Assembly: GCA_951406725.2 (NCBI GenBank)
Contig: OX597828.1
Coordinates: 9,672,001 to 9,736,000 of the forward strand
DNA: 64,000 nt
Source of the DNA: Octopus vulgaris
Taxonomy: Eukaryota
Reading direction: 5' to 3'
Of this stretch, positions 53,890-64,000 are shown piece by piece. Each line of letters starts with the position of its first letter. Positions within the stretch are counted from its first letter, which is position 1. The notes under the pieces are model-generated. The model did not search any database. It was given only the letters and a program-made list of their open reading frames with translations, and was not told the origin of the DNA. A program made the position numbers and the translations under genes.

Positions 53890-55107
53890 CTCATTTATAA
53901 CTCTAACTCACATTCCTTATGTATTAATGTTCCTATGAACACAACTCTCTCTCCTCTCTTAACATTCATCTCCTACACACCCTCGCAGTTAATGCCTGTA
54001 TATACTGTAAGTCTGTATGCTGTAATTATCAGAAATGATTTATTACTGACATTGATGAAAATTTTCTTCCTTCGGAATATTGTCTAATATTGATTACTAC
54101 TCCGTCGTTTCTTGTTATATTAAATTTGGTGGCTGTGACAGACACATTGGGTAATAACTCCTCGATATATTTACAATTATACAGACTGACACGCACATGA
54201 AAACATACACACTCCCATATATCTACAAAAATACACATGCATACGTTCAATATACATGAGCGTGCGTGCACATATGATAGTATGTGAGCGTGTATGCATA
54301 TATGTATATATCTATCAAGATGTACGAATATATATCGAATATATATATACACACATAGATGTGGATAGCTAGCTAGCTAAATAGCGAAACAAAGAGAAAG
54401 ACAGGAAGAAAGAATGAAGGAAAGGAAATGGGATGGTGGGATAGATGAATGTGAAGGAAGACACAAAAATGCAAAGAAAAAGAGCAAAAATAATGAACTT
54501 GTTTAAATATACACATTTATGATACCCTTGCTTTAAAATGTAGGGTATATACACACACAAATATTTCTGTAATATCACTCTGATGCTTAGATATACCTGG
54601 CATTCTACCAACATTAGAATTCAATATGAAATGATTTTTTATAATTATATGTACAATATTACATGATATTCATTTCTTGTTTCTTTTTGTATAAACATAT
54701 ATTTTATACTTGAGACAAATTTCAATGCAAATATATAATAAATATTATTCAGAAAATACATTTTCGAAGTCTTTATTTAATTGATTATATTTTCCTCTAT
54801 TTAAAGACCATTTATTTCACATGATACAAGCTTTTTTAGTTTTAAATATTTTAGGTTTGTGGGCAGAGCGAATTCATTGTAAACCAGAATGTTGCAAACA
54901 ACATGTTGATCTATATGTATCAACATTAAGCACTAGATCATTTTAGGTCCCAAATATATTGGGAGAAATTTAATGGATTTTGATATATTTGCTAATTTTT
55001 AAACAGAAACCAGAGATCATATAAAACGAAGTTGTGTTTTTTTTTTGTCACACTTGTTCAGTAGTTTCTAAAACGAAAACTACAAACTAATTGTCAATTT
55101 TATACTA

Positions 55108-55502
55108 CAGGAGTGGTTGTGTGGTACGTAGCTTGCTTACAAACCACACGGTTCTGGGTTCAGTCCCACTGCGTGGCACCTTGGGCAAGTGTCTTCTACT
55201 ATAGCCTCGGGCCAACCAAAGCCTTGTGAGTGCATTTGGAAGGCGGCAAGCTGGCTGAATCGTTAGCACGCCGGGCGAAATGCGCAGCCGTATTTCATCT
55301 GCTGTTACGTTCTAAGTTCAAATTCCGCCGAGGTCGACTTTGCCTTTCATCTTTTCGGGGTCGATAAATGAAGTACCAGTTACGCACTGGGGTCGATGTA
55401 ATCGACTTAATCCGTCTGTCTGTCCTTGTTTGTCCTCTCTGTGTTTAGCCCCTTGTGGGTAGTAAAGAAATAGGAAACTGAAAGAAGCCCGTCCTATATA
55501 TG

Positions 55503-55549
<47 letters not shown>

Positions 55550-55785
55550 ATGTGTGCGTGTGTGTGTGTGTATGCTTGTGTGTCTGTGTTCGTCCCCCCA
55601 ACATCGCTTGACAACCGATGCTGGTGTGTTTACGTCCCCGCAACTTAGCGGTTCGGCAAAAGAGAAACCAATAGATTTAGTTCTAGGCTTACAAAGAATA
55701 ATTCCTGGGGTCGATTTGTTCGACTAAAGGCGGTGCTCTAGCATGGCCGCGGTCAAATGACTGAAATAAGTAAAAAAGTAAAAGA
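55108..55785 (+). mobile_element. SINE family A interrupted by a family B SINE
   Basis: Family A sequence stops at 55241 and resumes at 55473 (GGAAACTGAAAGAAGCCC). Confidence 0.9.
55242..55472 (+). mobile_element. SINE family B, full length, nested
   Basis: Closely matches 20895-21119. Confidence 0.92.
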
Positions 55786-56384
55786 TAGTATTTTCCTTTT
55801 TTTCCTAAACAATAAGAGCAAGTCCGTTCACAGACCCCTAGTAACACATTGTTTTATGAAAGAAACTAGTGATACCGAGGCAAAATCTGAATGAACTGAA
55901 TGGAGTTTTACTTTATTTTTTCTAATCAATTTCAAAATTATGCAGCGTGACTATATTACTAATATATAAATAATACTTATATATATTAAATCAAACTTAA
56001 TATTTTTTATTGGTGAATTACTCTCTGGTATTTATAGTTATTACAATTTTAACTTAATAACTTACATATACATTTGTATATATTTTTATTGCTTTATTAT
56101 TAACATTTTCAGCTATGGAAATGGAACGTTTAATTTTTTGAATATTCTCCTAAAACTTGTCAAAACATTCGTAATCAAAAGGTAGGTAACTATTTTTCAA
56201 ATGCAAAACTTCATCATTCTTCGGAAGCACTACCTCTAAATATCCGGACACAATTTGAAGTGTTTTTTCTACTTTCGTTTGCTGTGTAGATGTTCATCTC
56301 TTCCCCCAATAAAAGTGACTACTGCATTATATGTATATGTCTAAACTGTAGAAAATTAGTACCATACCACAACAGCTGTGCATA

Positions 56385-56808
56385 GGCGTAGGAGTGGGGG
56401 TGTGGTAAGTAGCTTGCTTACGAACCACATGGTTGCGTCCCACTGCGCGGCACCTTGACCTTGGGCAAATGCCTTCTGATATAGCCTCAGGCCGACCAAA
56501 GTCTTGTGAGTGGATTTGGTAGACGGGGACTGAAAGAAGCAGGTTTTTATATATATATAGGTATGTGTATGTGTGTATGCGTGTGTGTAAACATTTGTGC
56601 GTCTATGTTTGTCCACCCAGCATCGTTTGACAACCGATGCTGGTGTGTTTACGTCCCTGTAACTTAGCGTTTCGGCAAAAGGGACCGATAGAATAAGTAC
56701 TAGGCTTACAAAGAATAAGTCCTGGGGTTCGATTAGCTCCACTAAAGGCGGTGCTCCAGCATGGCCACAGTCAAATGACTGAAATAAGTAAATGAGTGAA
56801 GAGTAAAG
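56385..56808 (+). mobile_element. SINE family A
   Basis: Full-length copy with a small ACCTTG duplication in the CORE segment. Confidence 0.9.
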
Positions 56809-57075
56809 TGTAAGTGATGAAAGACTATGCTAGCCTTCGTACATGCTCTGTAGTGCTGATGCATGGCAACACAGCTAAGTGCTATTAGGGACATTGTAGT
56901 CTTTGCGACCTAGAAGCTATATGATATAATTTTAAACGGTTAGCACGTTAAATCCGTAGCAGCACCAAACTTTGCGAGAGAAATAAGATTTTTGATTTCC
57001 AGTGTATGATAAAAGAAAAGAAGGAAAGAAGAAGAAGAAGAAGAAGAAGAAGAAGAAGAAGAAGAAGAAGAAGAA

Positions 57076-57860
57076 AACCCTCTTCGTGTCAAATACTGGG
57101 TTAAACTAAACGCAAATGAAATAGACAAAGCAAAATCCCAACAACGGCTGAGAAGATCAGGACTCAAAGTAGAGATTGGAGGGTTTTTAAATGTAGCGCA
57201 AGACCAAAGCCTCCCCACCACAATTTTCCAAAAAACGTACAAGGAAGAAACATAACAAGTAACTGCAAAGTATGTGGAGATAGACAAGTAACACTAAACT
57301 TTAATTCCCTGGCTACCCAGTCCTGGCTAAGAAGGAATATATTCACAGACACGACAGAGTTGGGATCTATATACACTGGAAACTATAGCAACACTATGGA
57401 ATAGCAACAGAAAAATGATGGTATAGGCACACGCTAGAAAAGGTCACACGAAATGAGAAGGTAACCATACTATGCGATATGTCAATACACACAGTTAGAG
57501 AAATCAAGGCCAATAGGCTGGGTATAGTTGTCACAGATCATTAAGGAGAAAAATGCTTTTTTAATCGATGTATCAATACCAAAAGACGACAGACGTTTCT
57601 CTAAAAGAAACATCCATATTTACAAAATGGAAAGACCGGGAAACAGAGATAAGTCGAATGTGGAGTTAAAAAACACAGAGAAAATTCCTATCATAGTAAG
57701 CGCATTAGGTATGATAGAAAAATATTCCGACAAATATATAACAAAAACACCAGGACTAACGAGTATATATAACATACAGAAAATAGCACTACTAGGCACA
57801 GCACCCATCATACGTAAAATATTTTCAATGCAGTACAAATTAGAGCATCACAACAAACCA
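57076..57860 (+). mobile_element. R4/Dong 3' fragment 1 (zinc knuckle and RLE domain)
   Basis: GLKVEIGGFLNVAQDQSL, CKVCGD, LAKKEYIHRHDRVGIYIHW, FLIDVSIP, IPIIVSALG, IQKIALLGTA; preceded by (GAA)n, followed by (TGA)n. Confidence 0.9.
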
Positions 57861-57959
57861 TGATGATGATGACGATGTCTCAACAGTTTCTCACAATGTC
57901 TGAACGGTGTATCAATAATTTTTTGCTGTCCCAACAGTACAGATATTCAGTAGCGTAAA

Positions 57960-58665
57960 ACGGTAGAATCTAAAATTAAAAATAGTGGTATGCTTATAAT
58001 ACATAAAGGCAAATTATTATCGTCTGAAATTGTAGATCAACAAAACGAAGAGAAAATCAAGGATGTTGAGATTAATGGATATAAATATCTGACTATGGTG
58101 GAGTATGACAAAATCAAGGAGAGTCTGAGGCGAGAATATCAAAGAAGTTTCAAAGTATGGGAATTAGATTTAATTGACAGAACAATATTAGGGCAGTGAA
58201 CATATGGGGTATTTCCTTAATGCGATACGTTACAGTTGTCGTTAGATGTAGATGTATAAACAACGAGTTTGAGGAAATGGCTAGTTAGCCAATAAAATGA
58301 TGACAACTAACAAGGAACTGCACCCAAAAAATGATATTAGTAGACTCTTTGTGCCAAAGAACAAGGTATGAAGTGGCCTCATACGATTCAAGTTCTATGT
58401 TGTCAACGAGAAGGACAGTCGGGTGGTACATCAAACAGCAGAGTGAATTCTTGCTTCCCTATGCTAAATATTATACCACAATACCTACCAAAAATATGAC
58501 GCACTCAAGAAATTTAAGAAATAAGATGAAGAACAAACAATTGGAAAATTAAAACAGTGCATAGGCGATACCTCAAAGATATCGAAAGGAAAGAAGCAAC
58601 CAAGAGCTAGAATTGGCTAAGAAAAAGTATTCTGAAAGGATGCACTGAGGCACGGATATGCAGCG
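57960..58665 (+). mobile_element. R4/Dong fragment 2 (RT end and thumb)
   Basis: MLIIHKGK..IKDVEINGYKYL, ELHPKNDISRLFVPK, NWLRKSILKGCTEARIC. Confidence 0.8.
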
Positions 58666-61011
58666 GATGGGCTACAAAGGATGGTCGGAGTTAAAAACAG
58701 ACAGGTAGCAGTTGGAACCAGGAAGAAGTGTAACTAGAGGTACAGGGAAATGGTGATGCAGCTGCTAAGGATAAGCAACAGGAACGTTATACAGTGAAAC
58801 CTTATGCTGTGGTGGGAGAACATGCAGGGGAAATGAACCAACTAAATAATGAACTGAAATTCAAAGACGACTCACCGAGTTGATGAATGCTCAAGAAGGT
58901 AGAAAGGAGTATGATAAATAAAGTAACATAAAAGATAAATACTGTCATACTATACATCCAGACGGAGGACATAACAGATCAAGGAATCTTCTCCGAGCTA
59001 TTGCATTACTTGCTGAGAAATTACAACTTAAGAAAACAAAAACTGGTGGAGCAAAAGAACAATGGTGGAAACGACGCATTGAAAGGGACCTAATGCTAGC
59101 AAGGCAAAATCTAGGAACAATTAGCAATGGTTAAGAGGAAACTGGAAAAATGGGACATAGACCGACCGAGAAAAATTAGAAAATAAATATAAAATACGGC
59201 AGAACGGGTTTGAAGCAGTAATAGAGCAGTTAAAACAGAGGTTCGTTGCAAAAACCAGAAGATCAGAAGATTTGTGAACAGAAATAAGCAGTTCGAGGAG
59301 AACAGATTGTTCAAGAATAACCCGAAGCAATTCTTTCGTACATTAGAAGGACACAATGGGGAAAATGTTGCTCCTGATGCAAATCAAGCCAAAGAGTTCT
59401 GGAATGGATTATGGGGAAAGAATGTGGTGCATGAAAGGGATGCAATGTGAATAGGAACTATCAAGACAGAATTACTATTAGGAAAGTAACAAAGGAATAA
59501 TGTCATAAGCACGGTTGACGTGAAAGAACAAGTGTGTAAAGTGCCTAACTGGAAAACACTCGGGCCAGATGGGATTCATGGCTTTTGGCTGAAGATATGC
59601 CCCGCGGTGCATGAAAGAGAAGCAGCCCAATTGAACGAGCGCGTTCAGAACGGTACAGTTTCCGATTGGATGATGACTGGGAGGAAAACGCTTATAATGG
59701 AAGATAGAAGGAAGGGGAATATTGTGGGAAAGTACCGTCCCATAGCATGCTTAAACATAATCTAGAAGATACTCACTGGAATATGTGCGGTAAAGACATA
59801 TACGTTCCTGGCAGAGGGAGAAATACTACCAAGGGGACAACAAGGATGTAGGAAGAATTCTCAGAGTACTAAGGTTCTGGATGACATTCTACACAGAGAA
59901 ATGAAAGTCAAGGTCCCCGAAGCGTATCAAAAAAGGGTGAAGATGGTGTCAAAATCCAGCCTGAATGTTGGATTACAGCATTGAATATCCGGGCAGTTGC
60001 GGTGGTCAGATATAGTGCGTCCATCCTCAAATGGACTAAGGAGGAAATATCAGCACTGAGACAAGTTGATGACCCTGCATGAGGCGTTAAACCCTAAAAC
60101 AAACGTAAGCATACTGTATATGACAAGAAAGAATGGTGGCAGAGGACCAATTAGCATAGACAATTGTATAAGGAGTGAAAGGAGAACACTTGCCGAAAAT
60201 TTGATAAATAGTGAAAACTTGCTGTAAAATGCCGCGAAAAATATGTGTGTAAATGCAGATGAAATAATGAGCAAGGAAGAGTTTAACCAAAGAGCTAAGG
60301 AGAAGAGAAAAGAAGACCTTGAAATGAGAATGTATGGTCAGTTTGAAAAGAATACAACAGACGTTAAGAATAATACAACATAGTGGGTATGGCTTGAGGG
60401 AAGTGATTTGAAGCGTACCACCGAAAGCCTGATCATTTCTGCACAAGACCAGGCTCTCGTTACCAATTCAGTGAAGTATAACCTCTATAAACATCTGGCA
60501 CAGAAATGCAGACTCTGTGGAAAGAGTATGGAAAATGTAATCCACTTTGTAAGTGGATGTGAGACCCTTGAACAAAAAGAATACAAACGCCGCCACGATA
60601 CAATGTGTGTGTATCTTCATTGGCTCTTATACCGAAAATACCAAAACGAAGTAACAGAGAAATGGTAGCCATACCAAATGATGTAGCCATAACAAATGAC
60701 ATGTATGTTGTGATTAAAGAGGTTCTAAAATCTCCAAGTACTCTGAATTGAAAGTGGAAATGGCAACAATGTATGGAATGCGGGAGGATAATGTAAAAGT
60801 GATACCAGTTGCTATGGGCTCAATCCCATTGGGACATCAAGACTTCATAAAGCAACTGGAAATCCCATGCAAGATTGATGTATTGCAAAACGCAACCTTA
60901 TTGAGCACAGCGCACATCTTAAATAATGTATTATCTGTCTGAGGTGCTTGTTGTGACATGACAGATAACTAAAGTCTCCGGTGCATTGTTACCTACACTG
61001 TGTTACGAAGG
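58666..61011 (+). mobile_element. R4/Dong element 3, internally deleted, 3' end on (TAA)n
   Basis: KVPNWKTLGPDGIHGFWLK, YRPIACLNII*KILTG, QQGCRK, LKRTTESLIISAQDQAL, CRLCGKSMENVIHFVSGC..EYKRRHD, LQNATLLSTAHIL; many stops. Confidence 0.92.
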
Positions 61012-61030
61012 AATAATAATGATGAGGATG

Positions 61031-61090
<60 letters not shown>

Positions 61091-61146
61091 GTAATAATAA
61101 TAGTAATAATAATAATAATAATAACAACAATAATAATGATAATAAT

Positions 61147-61218
<72 letters not shown>

Positions 61219-61240
61219 AAGAAGAAGAAGAAGAAGAAGA
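61012..61240. repeat. (AAT)n followed by (AAG)n
   Basis: Read directly. Confidence 0.97.
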
Positions 61241-61269
61241 AAATCCTAAAAACGATTGAACAATCAAGA

Positions 61270-61800
61270 GTATCATGAGGTGAGTGATATAAGACAGATG
61301 GTGAAGCAGCAGGGAAACTCTGGTCAGGGCAGAAATCTGGAGCCAAGAAGTCCAACATAATATACAAGCAGGATGGTTACGAGAATATAAAATAGAAATG
61401 GAAATTGGGGTGTCACAAGAAAATATAACTAACATGGAAAGAAAATAATAGAGATGATTATGAAAATATCAACTGGAAATACTTCGTCCAGTTTTTCTGG
61501 CTCCCAGGTTTACACAGTTATATACGGCCATTTTGTTTTTACCGGATGCATATAAAATAAGTATTAACTTGGATGACAAAATGAAAGATAATGCTAGTAT
61601 AGAACGTCAAAGGAAAACGAGAAGTGAGCAATTATAGACCTATTACTTGCTTAGCGTTTCTCTGGGAAGTACGAACTAGTCTCAGGGCGGATGAAGAATA
61701 TTATTTTCTGGAAAAGGTAAATTTATTGCTTGACGAAGAATAATGGAACTGCTGATCTGCTATTTATCGATAGGAGTGTATAAAATGAGACACGAATAAG
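61270..61800 (+). mobile_element. R4/Dong fragment 4 (pre-RT and RT start), decayed
   Basis: IWSQEVQHN, NWK..FWL, SNYRPITCLAFLWEV. Confidence 0.7.
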
Positions 61801-62182
61801 GAAGAATATTTCATTCGCGATTTACAGGGTCTTGTCCCTACCACAATATCCGACCTGAGCTGACGCAGATTATTGTAAGCTGGTCTTTATTTTTTAACTG
61901 GTTTGGTACTTTCTTGTATAACTCCTCAGTTTTCTGAAATAACGAAGCATATTTCAATTTGACATAGCTGCAGGTTAACTCACAACAACAGGTATACGCT
62001 TATTCTGCCAAAATTTGTCAGGCATGAACTATTTGGTCAAATATGTCAATAAATAAGCTACATACAAATCCCATTCTACTGCACTCATTTGTTATTTTCT
62101 TGTTACTGATTATGCATGTCCTAACAAACTTTCAATGTTGCTTACATTAAATAATACACTCTCTTTATTTACTTTTTATATA

Positions 62183-62561
62183 CTCTTTTACTTGTTTCAG
62201 TCATTTGACTGTGGCCATGCTGGAGCAGCACCTTTAGTCGAGCAAATCGACCCCAGGAATTATTCTTTGTAAGCCTAGTACTTATTCTATCGGTCTCTTA
62301 TGCCGAGCCGCTAAGTTACGGTGACGTAAACACAGCAACAGCGGTTGTCAAGTGATGTTAGCGGTGGAGGGGTGTCAAACACAGACACAAACATATACAC
62401 ACACACATATATATATATACGACGGACTTCTTTCAGTTTCCGTCTACCAAATCCACTCAGAAGGCTTTGGTCGGCCCGAGGCTGTTGTAGAAGACACTTG
62501 CCCAAGGTGCCACACAGTGGGACTGAACCCAAGCTACTTACCACACAGCCACTCCTACGCC
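62183..62561 (-). mobile_element. SINE family A
   Basis: Reverse complement of family A with a deletion in the tRNA head. Confidence 0.9.
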
Positions 62562-62889
62562 TATATGGTTCGTTAGAATCATAAGTCCGTATTTCAAAAT
62601 GCTTCGCTCTCTTTGTTCCAGTTATTTTTTCTCAACTGAGTTATAATCATGCAATTTTAACATTGCCTACACATTTTCGAAGTTCATAAAATGAAATACA
62701 ACTCAAATATTGTGTCAATGGTAACAACTGACCAATGTTCCTCAATTTTGCTGGAACTGAGCCTTTATTTGCAACAACTGATAAACGAGAGCTGATATAT
62801 TTCATCGAAGAAGAGGACCAACATTTCCACTAAAAATTATTGGCCTATGTCTAAATCAGATACCAGTTTTATTAATAACGGTAACGCGG

Positions 62890-63100
62890 TGTATTGTCAG
62901 CATCATTAGCACGTCGGACAAAATGCTTCGCGGCATTTCTCCCGGATCTTTTCCTCCTGATTTCACATCCCACTGAGGTTAGCTTTGCTTTACATCATTT
63001 CAAAGTCGATAAAATAAGTACCAGCTTAATAGTACTGAAGAGCGATATCATCGATCTGCCCCTCCCCTTAAATTTGCTAGCCTTGTACCAAAATTAGAAA
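62890..63100 (+). mobile_element. Decayed family B SINE with alternative tail
   Basis: CATTAGCACGTCGGACAAAATGCTT..GTCGATAAAATAAGTACCAG..CCCTCCCCTTAAATTTGCTAGCCTTGTACC. Confidence 0.75.
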
Positions 63101-64000
63101 AAAATGTTTCTAATATTAGTAGAGATAGAAGAAATGGCAGTAATCTTTCTTGTTACGCAGTAGTAGTAGCAGGGAATCGTTTATTGTACTCTACGTTAAT
63201 AAATTTTGTGTGAGATGTTTGCGATTCAATCCAAAATAAATAACCAGAGGGAAGATATAGCATCTTCTACAAGAATTTGTAATACAATACTATGTCTTTC
63301 ATCTTCGTTTATCAAGAAAAATTAATTTTGGGAATGTATACATCCTATAAAACCTCATGTTGCGCAATACAGAAGGAATTGAAGAAATCAGGATTTTTTT
63401 TCACTTCAAAAGGTGTTTCAATATATGTTTGTAATTTTTCGTGTAAGCCATTATTTGGAACTGTTTGTAGCAGTCTGCAATGTTTAAATACTTAGTGTGT
63501 ATTGCTCTTTTCGAACCCAAGAGATGATGAAATTCTATAGCAATTTTAATGACTTCATAGCACGAATCAAACTTAATTAGCGCCAATGTATATTTCTTTC
63601 ACTTGATGCTGCTAGAGAAAGAACACGCACATCTTCCTGTGCCACATTGCACTTTTTCGTAAATATGAATGTAGCTAAACGAGTAAAGTATTATAGATAC
63701 ACATACGTGAATATATGTATGTGTGTATGTATGTATGTATGTATGTATGTATGTATGTATGTATGTATATGAAGAGAGGAAAAGAGTGTGTGAGAGAGAA
63801 ACACGTACAATCAATCCTATCCAGTATAAAATACACTGATTTCAAGAATTTTTCTTTTCATAAACATTTTCTCTCTGGGATAGGCATTAGATGTTTCCTG
63901 TATTAAATATTCCAGTATTGCTTAAACAACTATATGACGTGTATACTATTATAAGACACCCACTCACACACAGAAGCCCACACATACAGACACATTTACA

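Overview
AT-rich, microsatellite-saturated eukaryotic non-coding DNA. The repeat content (tRNA/CORE-type SINEs, R4/Dong, RTE, Tx1/L1 and Penelope-like remnants) points to an octopus/cephalopod genome; this is inferred from recalled repeat families, not from a database search. No intact host protein-coding gene is supportable, and nearly all ORF-track entries are microsatellite or SINE translations. One weak candidate exon lies at about 33.4 kb. The most notable signal is a set of short non-coding elements inserted in (TA)n tracts that form fold-backs, two of which carry complete type I hammerhead ribozyme cores. The first (8295-8961) has a 468-bp period plus an inverted arm. The second is a nested ~700-bp palindrome (19806-20507) with back-to-back hammerheads, next to a Penelope GIY-YIG remnant. 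Also seen: a repeat family with a CUG-U-N-GA variant hammerhead core, a second structured-RNA motif with compensatory base changes and a possible pseudoknot (4857-4941 and 47434-47570), covarying 3' stem-loops in LINE/SINE tails, SINE-in-SINE nesting and tail swapping, and a co-oriented pile-up of R4/Dong fragments on trinucleotide repeats at 57-62 kb.
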